41,231 nucleotides of DNA from a virus (lineage: Duplodnaviria > Heunggongvirae > Uroviricota > Caudoviricetes): positions 128,001-169,231 of the IMG/VR virus record IMGVR_UViG_3300028666_000024; one strand, 5' to 3'. The position numbers were made by a program, and so were the translations under genes. The notes under the pieces are model-generated. The model was not told the DNA's origin, did not search any database, and worked only from the letters and a program-made list of their open reading frames with translations. Positions within the stretch are counted from its first letter, which is position 1. The number at the start of each line of letters is the position of its first letter. Positions 1 to 8,731 of the stretch are shown here, piece after piece.

Positions 1-165
1 ATAAAATTAGTTGATTTTGAAGGATTTAAAAATTTTGCAAATTCTAATTTTAAAGATTATGATATAAATAATTTTAAAATTTCAAAAAAAATAAATTATA
101 ATCCTGAATGGATAAAAGATTTTAACCCAGATTTTGAAACTACACATTTTCCTGAAGGAATGTAA
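1..165 (+). CDS. 3' end of a hypothetical protein (partial, runs off window start)
   Basis: Frame 1 is open from base 1 (IKLVDFEGF...HFPEGM) to TAA at 163-165, just before the next ATG at 167. Confidence 0.6.
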   Translation: MKLVDFEGFKNFANSNFKDYDINNFKISKKINYNPEWIKDFNPDFETTHFPEGM

Positions 166-166
166 G

Positions 167-640
167 ATGTCTTATAAAGATAAAGAAGATGAAAGAAAAT
201 ATCGTATAGAACATAAAGAAGATAAAAGAAAATATGATAAACAATATCGTATAGAACATAAAGAAGATAAAAGAAAATATATTAAACAATATCGTATAGA
301 ACACAGATTAGAATACAGATTAGAACAAAACTTAAGGAGAAGATTAAGATATGCACTAAAAGGAAATAAAAAATGTACAAAAACTTGGATACTTATAGGT
401 TGTTCAAAAGATTTCTTAAAAGAACATCTTCAACAAACAGCAATAAAGAATGGATATTTAGACTTTGATATTAATAATTACTCAGGCAAACAATATCATA
501 TTGACCATATAATTCCATGTAGTAGTTTTGATTTAGAAAAATCAGAAGAACAAGAGAAATGTTTTCATTATACAAATTTACAAATTTTAACGGCAAGTGA
601 AAATCTAAAAAAATCAAATAATTATATTAAACCATTTTAA
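167..640 (+). CDS. HNH-family (homing-type) endonuclease with repetitive basic N-terminus
   Basis: HIDHIIPCSSFDL...CFHYTNLQIL...ENLKK beta-beta-alpha metal motif; ATG 167 preferred over TTG 134, which overlaps the upstream CDS. Confidence 0.8.
   Translation: MSYKDKEDERKYRIEHKEDKRKYDKQYRIEHKEDKRKYIKQYRIEHRLEYRLEQNLRRRLRYALKGNKKCTKTWILIGCSKDFLKEHLQQTAIKNGYLDFDINNYSGKQYHIDHIIPCSSFDLEKSEEQEKCFHYTNLQILTASENLKKSNNYIKPF
180..303 (+). repeat. 45-nt tandem repeat (about 2.7 copies) encoding QYRIEHKEDKRKY
   Basis: aatatcgtatagaaca recurs at 198, 243 and 288. Confidence 0.85.
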
Positions 641-667
641 ACAAACTTTTGAAGCAACTCCTTCAGA

Positions 668-1279
668 TTGGAAAATATAGTGGACAACTTGGATATTATA
701 AACCAGCGTGTTAAGATAATATTCTACGGTTTCTTTTTCAAGATAATGAAAGAGCGGGAGATAAAGTATAATGAGATAGTTTTTAAAAAGGTTTTCAAAG
801 GTTATAAAAATTTAGAATTTACTCTTCAATATGTTGCAAAGGATATTCAAAGTTTAAAAATTTCAGAAATGGATTTTATAAAGTTTTTATTTTTAATGTT
901 TTTGAAGCACGGATTTCATGCTGTTATGAGATTCAATTCTATAGGTATTAAAAAGGATATTTCAGTTTTGTTATCTACAGAACAATATGAAAAAGATAAG
1001 AAAATATTAAATGATATAATGAAACTTGAACCATCAACTTTTAAGACTAAACAGGATTTTTTAACGCTTAGAAGTGATGGTGTTTCGATGTTATATATTC
1101 TTTTTAAGGACAAGAAAATAACGGAACATATTTCAATTCTACCATTCTTATCTTTCGATAAAAAAGACTTGATTTCTCCAAAAAAAGATGGTATTATTAG
1201 TAGTGTAGAGATTGAGAAGAACTACAAACGGTTCCTTGAAGTCTTGATAAAATTTAAAGAACTAATGGAAAAGGAGTAG
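668..1279 (+). CDS. Possible gp59-like helicase loader
   Basis: Directly upstream of gene 32 as in T4; similar length; weak resemblance of YEKDKKIL...SMLYILFKDKKI to the gp59 C-terminal half. Confidence 0.4.
   Translation: MENIVDNLDIINQRVKIIFYGFFFKIMKEREIKYNEIVFKKVFKGYKNLEFTLQYVAKDIQSLKISEMDFIKFLFLMFLKHGFHAVMRFNSIGIKKDISVLLSTEQYEKDKKILNDIMKLEPSTFKTKQDFLTLRSDGVSMLYILFKDKKITEHISILPFLSFDKKDLISPKKDGIISSVEIEKNYKRFLEVLIKFKELMEKE
1169..1197 (+). promoter_or_regulatory. sigma70-like promoter, class A (TTGATT-17-TATTAT, extended -10 TG)
   Basis: ttgatt tctccaaaaaaagatgg tattat; identical copy at 6278; lies upstream of gene 32. Confidence 0.75.
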
Positions 1280-1286
1280 TTGAATT

Positions 1287-2141
1287 ATGAATGATTTAAG
1301 TTATCGTGAAAAGATGGATGCATTGAATGTTAAAGTTAAGAATAAAACTTTTGATAAACCAGTGAAGCAGGTAAAGGAAAATTACTGGAGTCCTGACTAT
1401 ACTACTAAGGGTTCGTTTGATGGTATTATCAGGGTTCTTCCATCTGCATGTTTGGATGAGTGTTGGTTTCATAAGGATTTTTCCCACAATTTTAATGTAG
1501 GAAGTAAGTTTTATAGTGAACTTTGTCCTACAACTATTGGTAAGGAATGTCCGGTTTGTAATAAGAATAGTGTAGATTGGAAGGGTTTGAAGAAGGAAGA
1601 TATTTCTAAGAAGGATATTCTTCGTTCACGCAAGTGGAGATTTACTTCAAATATTCTTGTTGTAAAAGACCCTATTCATCCTGAGAACAACGGCAAGGTT
1701 TTTCTCTATGAATATCCTTTTGAAATTAAGAAGAAGTTTGATTTGAAGATTGAACCTCCAGAAGATAGTAGTGATGAACAGTCTTTTATTTATGATTTCG
1801 ACAATGGTTGTAATTTCAAACTGAAGGTTAATGTTCAGAAGCTTGAGAGTGGTTATGATTGTCCACGATTCGTAAATTCAACCTTCAGTGATACTAATAC
1901 TTCAATTGGTGATGCATCTTTTATCGAAAAGGTTATCAGTCAGTTGCATGATGTGAAAGAACTCAAGGACGAAAAGAGATTCAAGAGTTATGAAGAACTT
2001 GAAAAGAATATGAATCTTACTTTTGGAATTGTAACTCCTGAGAAGATTATTGTTCCGGAAGTTCCAACACAAGAGGAAACATTTGTTATTGAGGAAGTAA
2101 AGTTTGAAAGTGCTGATGATGTTTTCAAAGACATTAAATAA
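1287..2141 (+). CDS. 32: T4 gp32-like single-stranded DNA-binding protein
   Basis: IIRVLP, H-x-F, CPTTIGKECPVC zinc site, NILVVKDPIHPENNGKVFLY, GCNFKLK, acidic C-tail. Confidence 0.93.
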   Translation: MNDLSYREKMDALNVKVKNKTFDKPVKQVKENYWSPDYTTKGSFDGIIRVLPSACLDECWFHKDFSHNFNVGSKFYSELCPTTIGKECPVCNKNSVDWKGLKKEDISKKDILRSRKWRFTSNILVVKDPIHPENNGKVFLYEYPFEIKKKFDLKIEPPEDSSDEQSFIYDFDNGCNFKLKVNVQKLESGYDCPRFVNSTFSDTNTSIGDASFIEKVISQLHDVKELKDEKRFKSYEELEKNMNLTFGIVTPEKIIVPEVPTQEETFVIEEVKFESADDVFKDIK

Positions 2142-2455
2142 TGATTAATAATGTTGTTATTAATGTTCTTAGAAAGAAAGCTTTAAAAAGTGTTTGTAAT
2201 TACAAGATAGGAGCTATAGGTTTTAATCGTAGAGGTGATTATATTTATAGTTCCTTTAATAAACCAAAGTTCGACAGGAAGCATGGTTCGATACACGCAG
2301 AAGAAGATATAATGAATAAGGCGCGTTCAATCAAAACTATACTGATAGGTCGAGTTAATGCAGAAGGTAAGTTCCTACCGATTCACCCTTGTAAAAGATG
2401 TAAGCAAGCGGCGGATAAAAGAGGAATAAATATAATAACTGTTTTAGATGTCTAA
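2141..2455 (+). CDS. Zinc-dependent cytidine/deoxycytidylate deaminase-fold protein
   Basis: HAE and PCxxC motifs (SIHAEEDI...PCKRC). Confidence 0.75.
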   Translation: MINNVVINVLRKKALKSVCNYKIGAIGFNRRGDYIYSSFNKPKFDRKHGSIHAEEDIMNKARSIKTILIGRVNAEGKFLPIHPCKRCKQAADKRGINIITVLDV

Positions 2456-2479
2456 CTAACACTAACAAGGAGTTGTACT

Positions 2480-2641
2480 ATGGCAGTAAAGGTTTGTATT
2501 GCAAAGGGTTTCAAGAAGTTGTCAAAGACAGAGCGTGATGAGAAGATTCGTGACATGTACGCTACTGGTAAGTTCTCCCACCGTACTCTTGGACTCAAGG
2601 TCGGCCTTAGTAAGTCCCATATTGGTCGAATCCTTGGTTAA
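2480..2641 (+). CDS. Small helix-turn-helix DNA-binding protein (53 aa; below ORF-track cutoff)
   Basis: AAGGAG RBS; MAVKV...IRDMYATGKFSHRTLGLKVGLSKSHIGRILG has the HTH pattern. Confidence 0.7.
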   Translation: MAVKVCIAKGFKKLSKTERDEKIRDMYATGKFSHRTLGLKVGLSKSHIGRILG

Positions 2642-2647
2642 ATGAAG

Positions 2648-2722
2648 TGACTCTTTAACCATCGGTTAAGGAGTTATCAAGGCTTTGTTAGGTTGTGCCA
2701 GTCCTACCGAAACAACCTAACA
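2648..2722 (+). other. Two adjacent stem-loops (terminator or small structured RNA)
   Basis: TGACTCTTTAACC/GGTTAAGGAGTTA (2648-2676) and TGTTAGGTTGT/ACAACCTAACA (2686-2722). Confidence 0.55.
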
Positions 2723-2742
2723 CTTATTATGGTTTATAAATC

Positions 2743-2998
2743 ATGAATATATCAACTGCTGATACTCCAAACAGATTAAGAGTCTGAATGGAAGTGTATA
2801 AGAAAAGGTATTGGATATTATAATAAATGGTATCCTGTCGATGGAAGTAATACTCTTCTCTATGAACAAAGAATGCATGTGAAAAATATTCCTAATCCTC
2901 CAAAAGGAAAGTATTCTTGTAATCATAATAGAGTTGATGGATATGCTGATTATAAAATTGGAAGGTTTTATATTTCTCCTTATGATTTGGTAATATAA
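2743..2998 (+). pseudogene. Probable frameshifted or start-less small gene
   Basis: 72 open codons at 2780-2995 end in TAATG overlapping the primase start; first in-frame ATG is at 2873; a 14-codon ATG ORF (2743-2787) overlaps in another frame. Confidence 0.4.
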
Positions 2999-3978
2999 TG
3001 TTTCTACTCACAGATGCTTTCCTCATTGATGAACAAATCCGGCAGATTCTTAGAACTCATATTAAAGGTGGTTTCAAAGAGACTTCTGAATATTTTAATT
3101 TTCGATGTCATATCTGTGGTGATGATCAATATAACAAGACAGTTCGTAAAGCATATATTTTAAAAGAGGGTGATCGCAGGACTTATTATTGTCATCATGC
3201 AACTTGTGGATATTCAAAGTCTGTAACAACTTGGATGAAAGAGTATTTTCAATATGCTTTCAATGATTATATAGCATCTCTTATCAGAAACGATTCATCA
3301 GAATATGATATTTCACCAATTGTTGAAGAAGAGGTTTATGATGAAAAGAAAGATACAAAATTCTTCATTCCAATTTTAAAAGGTTTTGGAAATAATTTTG
3401 AAATTGCAAAACAACTATGTTATGATAGAAAGATTCCTTTTGAAGTTTGGAAAAAGTGGGGAGTTGCGACAGGTGGAACTTTTAAAAATAGATTGATAAT
3501 TCCATATTTCAACGGATCAGAGATTTATAATTGGCAGGCACGTAATCTGAATGATTGGGAACCGAGATATATTTCCCGTAAGGGTGATCATAATAACATT
3601 TATAATTTTTATAATGTAGATAAAACAAAACCTGTTGTTATATTTGAGGGAGTGATTGATAGTTTGTTTGTTGAAAATTCTATTGCTATTTCTGGTGCAG
3701 GGAAGATTAAAACAAAATTACTTAGAGAAATTCCTTATAAATACTTTTTGATGGATAGTGATGCAGCAGGCCGGAAGAAATCCTTACAACTCTTAAATGA
3801 TGGAAAATATGTATTCTCTTGGAAAAACTTTGCTGAGGATTTTAAAATAGATTTGACAAAAGAAAAAATAGATATGAATGATGTTATTTTACTTTTAAAT
3901 CGTTCTGAAGGTTTTAAATTTTCTGAACTTGAAAAGTATTTTACAGATTCAATATTTAGAAAGATTGAGTTCTTATGA
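2998..3978 (+). CDS. 61: T4 gp61-like DNA primase
   Basis: N-terminal zinc ribbon (NFRCHICGD...YYCHHATC), RLIIP, WQAR, TOPRIM FEGVIDSLF and MDSDAAG. Confidence 0.92.
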   Translation: MFLLTDAFLIDEQIRQILRTHIKGGFKETSEYFNFRCHICGDDQYNKTVRKAYILKEGDRRTYYCHHATCGYSKSVTTWMKEYFQYAFNDYIASLIRNDSSEYDISPIVEEEVYDEKKDTKFFIPILKGFGNNFEIAKQLCYDRKIPFEVWKKWGVATGGTFKNRLIIPYFNGSEIYNWQARNLNDWEPRYISRKGDHNNIYNFYNVDKTKPVVIFEGVIDSLFVENSIAISGAGKIKTKLLREIPYKYFLMDSDAAGRKKSLQLLNDGKYVFSWKNFAEDFKIDLTKEKIDMNDVILLLNRSEGFKFSELEKYFTDSIFRKIEFL

Positions 3979-4121
3979 AAACATACGGTAGAAGAAGACA
4001 ACATCCCGGCAATACTCCTGATAATCATCCAACCAAAGGATATGTAAATTGGTGGGAGATTGAATATAGTAAAGTTAAGTCAAAGAAAACAGAGAGACAA
4101 ACCTTTAAACAAGATAAATAA
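3975..4121 (+). CDS. Small hypothetical protein (48 aa)
   Basis: ATGA overlap with the primase stop; ends immediately before ATG 4122; MKTYGRRR...HPTKGYVNWWEIE. Confidence 0.6.
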   Translation: MKTYGRRRQHPGNTPDNHPTKGYVNWWEIEYSKVKSKKTERQTFKQDK

Positions 4122-4793
4122 ATGAAAATTATAGGTGTAGATTATTCAATAAATTCTCCAGCAGCTTTCAAATTTCAACTTTCAAAAGATTTAAAAGATA
4201 TTGAAAATTTTGATTTCATAGGATTTTCAACTACTAAAAGACTTGCAAAGAGTTGTGCCAATATATTATATTATGATTTGGAGGACTTTCAGAATCAATT
4301 CGAAAGGATATTCTGGTTCCGAGATCATATATATCGGTGGATGAATATTTCAAAGGATGATGCTGAAGGAACCTATATCGGGATAGAAGGTTATGCAATG
4401 GGAGCTAAAGGTAGGGTTTTTGACATCGCAGAGGCCACATTTAGTCTCAAAGAGAAGATATACCTTACCGGAGTACCTTTGAGAATTTATGCTCCTACAG
4501 CGGTTAAGAAACATGCTACAGGGAACGGCAGGGCGAAGAAGGGAGATATGTCAGATTGTTTTGACAAGACTTCTTATTCAAACATCTTTCCCGGATTTTC
4601 AAAAGGTTCGCCGAGAGAAGATATCATTGATGCTTTTTTTGTGGCACAACTTTTGATAATGGAATTGAGACTTAAAAAGGGAGTTTTAAAATTTGAAAAT
4701 TTAACTTTGAAACAGAAAGAAATTTTCAAGAATAAAAAAGTTGACCTTATTAAAGAAGATTTTATTATAAATAATTTAGAGGAGAAGGTATGA
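4122..4793 (+). CDS. RuvC-like Holliday junction resolvase
   Basis: IIGVDYS, IEGYA, PTAVKKHATGNGRAKK and DIIDAF acidic catalytic motifs. Confidence 0.85.
   Translation: MKIIGVDYSINSPAAFKFQLSKDLKDIENFDFIGFSTTKRLAKSCANILYYDLEDFQNQFERIFWFRDHIYRWMNISKDDAEGTYIGIEGYAMGAKGRVFDIAEATFSLKEKIYLTGVPLRIYAPTAVKKHATGNGRAKKGDMSDCFDKTSYSNIFPGFSKGSPREDIIDAFFVAQLLIMELRLKKGVLKFENLTLKQKEIFKNKKVDLIKEDFIINNLEEKV
4766..4773 (+). promoter_or_regulatory. T4-type late promoter TATAAATA
   Basis: Exact consensus upstream of the GAGGAG RBS and ATG 4790. Confidence 0.65.
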
Positions 4794-5602
4794 ATTTCAA
4801 AGATTATTATTGCAAAGAGATTATGAATGAATCAAGTTATTCCAGACTCATGAATATGATTGTTGGTCTTATTCCTAAAGTCAGAGAGTTTGGTATTATT
4901 ACGTGGGAAAATCCACATAGTAAAAAACTTTCAACGGAAGAAAATAATTCTAGAAATGAAGAATTAAAAGAAATACTTCAGGGTTTGAATTATGGATATG
5001 TTCAAATTATTGGGAAGTATGGTAATATTGAAAATCCTTTCTTTGTACCTAACATTATCAGAGAAGATATTTTTAAGCTTGGTTTGGAAGGGGAGCAGGA
5101 TTCCGTCATTCATGGTAAAATCATAAAAGAGTTTGATGTGTCTTATGAAATGATTTATATGGATGGTCGTGAATCTTTGTTTAGGAGAATTTTAAGAACT
5201 ATCAAAGGTGGTAAAGTTGTTTGGAATCAGAGTAAAGATGAAAGATTTATGAGTAAGTTAGGTGATAAGGTTTCTGATAATTATTATTCTGAATACAAAG
5301 GAAAGAGGTTTATCATTCCCTTTTATGATGATAAAGCTGAGAATGCATTTTTTACTCGGTTGAAGAAAGATAATGGACAACTTACAGGTGTTGGAATAAA
5401 AGAATCCTTTAGAATTTATTTCAAAGAGGATTTTAAAGAAGAGTTTGTAAGCAATATTGAAGAAATTTTTGAAGAGAATGATATTATGAAACAAAGGGGG
5501 AAGATTCATCAGTGGGATGCTAGAGGACAAATTTACTATTATCTCCTTAAAGAATCTATTGAACCCGGAAAAATCAACATAAGGAAGAAGGAGATATTAT
5601 AA
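4790..5602 (+). CDS. DUF3293-like protein, possibly virion-associated
   Basis: ITWENP...EENNSRNEEL...GKYG..ENPFFV...QDSVI pattern; late promoter; N-terminus MNFKDYY..E. Confidence 0.5.
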   Translation: MNFKDYYCKEIMNESSYSRLMNMIVGLIPKVREFGIITWENPHSKKLSTEENNSRNEELKEILQGLNYGYVQIIGKYGNIENPFFVPNIIREDIFKLGLEGEQDSVIHGKIIKEFDVSYEMIYMDGRESLFRRILRTIKGGKVVWNQSKDERFMSKLGDKVSDNYYSEYKGKRFIIPFYDDKAENAFFTRLKKDNGQLTGVGIKESFRIYFKEDFKEEFVSNIEEIFEENDIMKQRGKIHQWDARGQIYYYLLKESIEPGKINIRKKEIL

Positions 5603-6207
5603 TGGGACTCAAGTATTCAGCATATTGGATTGCACCGTCTGGACAGATTATACCTGTTACCGGCAATGACATTAGACACATTCATCAGATAATCAACAAT
5701 CCTGATAAGTTTGGTTTGACGCTTGATTATATCAAAAAGGTATATCGGGCACATAAGGAAAAACTTTATAGTGAGGGAAATGCTAGAGAAGAAATTATGG
5801 CTCACCTGATTAAAGATGGTTGGACTAGAGTTCGTTACGTCCCTCATTATGATTTCTTTACCATTCAAACCAATAAACTTGATCATGACTCAAAGGAAGG
5901 TATTTGGGATTGGGCTGTTGGTGTCACCAGAAAATTTGACAAAGCTTCAAAATATGCAGGTGTAAAAATTATGAACCTTTTTGGAGATTTAATTTATAAT
6001 GGTGATGTAGCCGGGATAATCTCATATAATGCCTTCCAAGAAGATGTTAAATTTACCTTTAAAGATAGATTCTGTTTCATTGAGGACTATTATCCTTCTT
6101 TTTCAGATTTTATTCGGTCAGAGGAAGTTTCTAAGAAAAACACTCTGAAGTTGGATGAATCAAAAAAGTATAAGATTGAACTAGATGATGAAGTTCCTGT
6201 AGAATAA
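5602..6207 (+). CDS. Hypothetical protein
   Basis: 201-aa ORF with AAGGAG RBS and TAATG coupling. Confidence 0.8.
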   Translation: MGLKYSAYWIAPSGQIIPVTGNDIRHIHQIINNPDKFGLTLDYIKKVYRAHKEKLYSEGNAREEIMAHLIKDGWTRVRYVPHYDFFTIQTNKLDHDSKEGIWDWAVGVTRKFDKASKYAGVKIMNLFGDLIYNGDVAGIISYNAFQEDVKFTFKDRFCFIEDYYPSFSDFIRSEEVSKKNTLKLDESKKYKIELDDEVPVE

Positions 6208-6225
6208 ACCAGACATCATACCCGG

Positions 6226-6252
6226 AAAGGCTGCTGAAAAGTGGCCTTTTTT
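6226..6252 (+). terminator. Rho-independent terminator
   Basis: AAAGGCTGCT-GAAA-AGTGGCCTTT followed by a T-run. Confidence 0.8.
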
Positions 6253-6277
6253 ATTTTAACCAAACCATTAAAAATAC

Positions 6278-6306
6278 TTGATTTCTCCAAAAAAAGATGG
6301 TATTAT
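6278..6306 (+). promoter_or_regulatory. sigma70-like promoter, class A
   Basis: TTGATT-17-TATTAT, identical to 1169; follows the terminator. Confidence 0.8.
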
Positions 6307-6334
6307 TAAGGTAGAAATTCAGCAAAGGAAATAT

Positions 6335-6511
6335 ATGAGTGACGATGTGAATGAAGGATTTGATAAAACTAACGGTAGAAGGATATCAAGTTATACTTAT
6401 CATGAAAAGACAAATTCAATATTTGCTCTATGTGTAGATGGTACACTTTGGAACTATAATATTGAAAATGAATTGTGGAATAAAGTCCCGGAAATTCCTA
6501 AAAATGAATAG
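6335..6511 (+). CDS. Small hypothetical protein
   Basis: AAGGA RBS then ATG 6335; the track start at 6278 is the -35 box. Confidence 0.6.
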   Translation: MSDDVNEGFDKTNGRRISSYTYHEKTNSIFALCVDGTLWNYNIENELWNKVPEIPKNE

Positions 6512-7367
6512 AAAAGTTTTAATAATTGATTGTGGAAATTTGATGTATCGAACTCTTCATGGTTGTATACATCAATGCCCCGAAGACCAAGAGAATTTCT
6601 ACTTGTGGAGACATGCCTTCATAACATCTCTGTTTGAAAATATTAGAAGATTCAAACCAGATCATGTTGTTGTCGCTCAAGATTCAAAGATAAATTGGAG
6701 ATATAACATTTATCCTGAATACAAAGCCAATCGTAAACTCAGGAGAGCGAAGTCAGATATAAACTTTGAAAACTTCTTTCCTATTTCAAATAAGTTTTTT
6801 AAAGATATTAAAAATATCTTTTCAAATATTGTTTTTTTAAAAGTTGATGATTGTGAAGCAGATGATATTATTGCAACTCTTTGTTATAAATCAACAGGTG
6901 AAGAGATTACAATTCTTTCTTCTGATACAGATTTACTTCAACTTCAGATAGGGTTTCCAAAAATCAAACAATATGATCCTATGAAGAATGAGTATATTCA
7001 AAGTATTAATCCAAAAAAAGATTTATTTATCAAGATTATTGCCGGAGATCGTGGAGATTTTATTTATGGTATCAAACCTCGTTGTGGAATTAAAACGGCA
7101 GAAAAAATAATTGAAAAAAATTTGCTTGAAGAAGAACTTAAAAATGAAGAAGTTAGAAAGATTTATGAACGTAATGTAAAACTTATAGATTTGAAAAATA
7201 TTCCAAAAGAAATTTCAGAAAATGTTTGGAATATCTATTCAAGTTATCAGAAGCCTCAATTAAATTTAACAACTAAGGTCTTGGATTTCTGGTATCAAAA
7301 TAAACTTGTTGATTTGATGGAGAGATGGGGAGAAGATTACAAACCATTTATAAAAGAATTAACATAA
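6504..7367 (+). CDS. rnh: T4-type RNase H / 5'-3' flap exonuclease
   Basis: LIIDCGNL, WRYNIYPEYKANR, EADDIIATL, SSDTDLLQL, GDRGD..GI...GIKTA. Confidence 0.92.
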   Translation: MNRKVLIIDCGNLMYRTLHGCIHQCPEDQENFYLWRHAFITSLFENIRRFKPDHVVVAQDSKINWRYNIYPEYKANRKLRRAKSDINFENFFPISNKFFKDIKNIFSNIVFLKVDDCEADDIIATLCYKSTGEEITILSSDTDLLQLQIGFPKIKQYDPMKNEYIQSINPKKDLFIKIIAGDRGDFIYGIKPRCGIKTAEKIIEKNLLEEELKNEEVRKIYERNVKLIDLKNIPKEISENVWNIYSSYQKPQLNLTTKVLDFWYQNKLVDLMERWGEDYKPFIKELT

Positions 7368-7996
7368 TGATACAACTAAACTTTGATGGTATTTGTTCCA
7401 GACAACCAACATATTATTATAAATTGAACGATATAGATGCTAATGTTATATTCTCATACACAGGACAAGATTTAAGATTCAAAGATTGTTTTGTTTATAT
7501 GGGGGGATTCTACGATTTGTTCTATTTTAATTCAGTTGTTATAAATTCTCTCCCGGACGCAGATAAAGAAGAATTTTTAAAGTTTATAAATGATTTGAAA
7601 GTTCTCAGAGATAATAAACCCAATGTTAATGATTATTTAAAACAAGCAGAGAAAATCAAACCTTTACCTGTTAATGTTGATACAATTGTTTCTGCAAACT
7701 CATTTATGGAAGATTATCAACCTCTTGACTATACTTTTAAAGAGGTTAGTAAGAGAGAACAGACCGAGCAATATATCAATAACGAAGGTTTCAAAGAATT
7801 TATAAAGTTTAAAATTATTTTCAATGTTATTAATAAAATATTTGATATCAATGATAAAATTGTTAGATTTCAAATTAAAAATATACAGAAAACTATAGAT
7901 AAAAAAATAAAAAATAAAATTGAATATTCTCATAAAAGTCTTATGTTAAGAAATAAAATATGTGATTTATTTATAACCTCTAAAGGAGAAAAGTAA
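7367..7996 (+). CDS. Hypothetical protein
   Basis: TAATG coupling at 7365-7369; long ORF. Confidence 0.7.
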   Translation: MIQLNFDGICSRQPTYYYKLNDIDANVIFSYTGQDLRFKDCFVYMGGFYDLFYFNSVVINSLPDADKEEFLKFINDLKVLRDNKPNVNDYLKQAEKIKPLPVNVDTIVSANSFMEDYQPLDYTFKEVSKREQTEQYINNEGFKEFIKFKIIFNVINKIFDINDKIVRFQIKNIQKTIDKKIKNKIEYSHKSLMLRNKICDLFITSKGEK

Positions 7997-8233
7997 ATGG
8001 CAAGACTACTGATTGAAGTGAATTGCGAGAAAGAAATTTGTGGAGAGTGTAGCTGGAAATTTGGTGGACTAAATGAAGAAGAAGCGGCTGAGTATTTTGG
8101 ATGCGCCCTTTTCAATGGCGAGGATTTATGTTATAATGATGATGAAAATCCACTTCGCTGCCATGCCTGTCTCACCTCCGAAGCCGACGCAGAAATATCG
8201 AGGAGTGAAGGAGGAGACAGCAAATGTATCTAA
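7997..8233 (+). CDS. Small Cys-rich hypothetical protein
   Basis: AAGGAG RBS; CxxxCxxC...C...CxxC. Confidence 0.65.
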   Translation: MARLLIEVNCEKEICGECSWKFGGLNEEEAAEYFGCALFNGEDLCYNDDENPLRCHACLTSEADAEISRSEGGDSKCI

Positions 8234-8355
8234 GTAAGGACCGACAGGAGAAGAAGTATGTGATGGAAAATCTTGGAATCAAAAGCGGTAAAACTCTTCG
8301 CCGCTTATTAAAGAAGAGTAAGGCAAAACAAAAACAAACCAAAGGAGCAGTATAA
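8224..8355 (+). CDS. Small basic hypothetical protein (43 aa)
   Basis: GGAGG RBS; MYLSKDRQEKK...; TAATG coupling to 8355. Confidence 0.55.
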   Translation: MYLSKDRQEKKYVMENLGIKSGKTLRRLLKKSKAKQKQTKGAV

Positions 8356-8654
8356 TGGCAAAAGACAGGAAGTTTGTCGGCAGTGGTAAGGTAATTGGTA
8401 ACTTCGGTCAGATTAAGCTTGGTATCAGGGTTTCAGATCTTCCGGAACCTAATGAAAGGGGATACATCAATCTTATCGTTGCTGCACGGAAAGAAACCAA
8501 TGAGTGGGGACAGACTCATTTCGTTTACGTTGATGATTTTGTTCCGAATGGTGGGAAATCCCCCGTTGCAGCAAATCAACCGAGTGGTGTTGCTGGAGAG
8601 GTTGTTGAAGGAGAATTTGCTGAAGGTATTGTTGAAGAAAACCTTCCCTTCTAA
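8355..8654 (+). CDS. Small SSB-like protein with acidic tail ending in LPF
   Basis: Beta-rich core, flexible linker, acidic tail EENLPF resembling the bacterial SSB C-terminus (DDIPF). Confidence 0.55.
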   Translation: MAKDRKFVGSGKVIGNFGQIKLGIRVSDLPEPNERGYINLIVAARKETNEWGQTHFVYVDDFVPNGGKSPVAANQPSGVAGEVVEGEFAEGIVEENLPF

Positions 8655-8666
8655 AATAGTCTTCTT

Positions 8667-8674
8667 TATAAATA
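8667..8674 (+). promoter_or_regulatory. T4-type late promoter TATAAATA
   Basis: Intergenic, upstream of the gp4 homologue. Confidence 0.7.
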
Positions 8675-8711
8675 CTTTCAGGAACCTTCAAAAATTTCTG
8701 AAAGTATTTTT
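8670..8711 (+). terminator. 15-bp stem-loop with T-tail overlapping the late promoter
   Basis: AAATACTTTCAGGAA (8670-8684) pairs with TTTCTGAAAGTATTT (8695-8709). Confidence 0.6.
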
Positions 8712-8731
8712 ATTCTTCGAAAGAACTACTA

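Noticed and set aside
2686-2790. Hammerhead ribozyme (CGAAAC present)
   Set aside because: No correctly placed CUGANGA core or three-stem junction found.
3736-3743. Further TATAAATA matches inside coding regions (also near 63, 16826, 18096, 22238)
   Set aside because: Expected by chance in AT-rich coding DNA and mostly not positioned before an RBS; not called as promoters.
6278-6334. Shared peptide ISPKKDGII in the 668 and 6278 ORFs as a protein motif
   Set aside because: It is the translation of the duplicated class A promoter sequence, not a protein feature.
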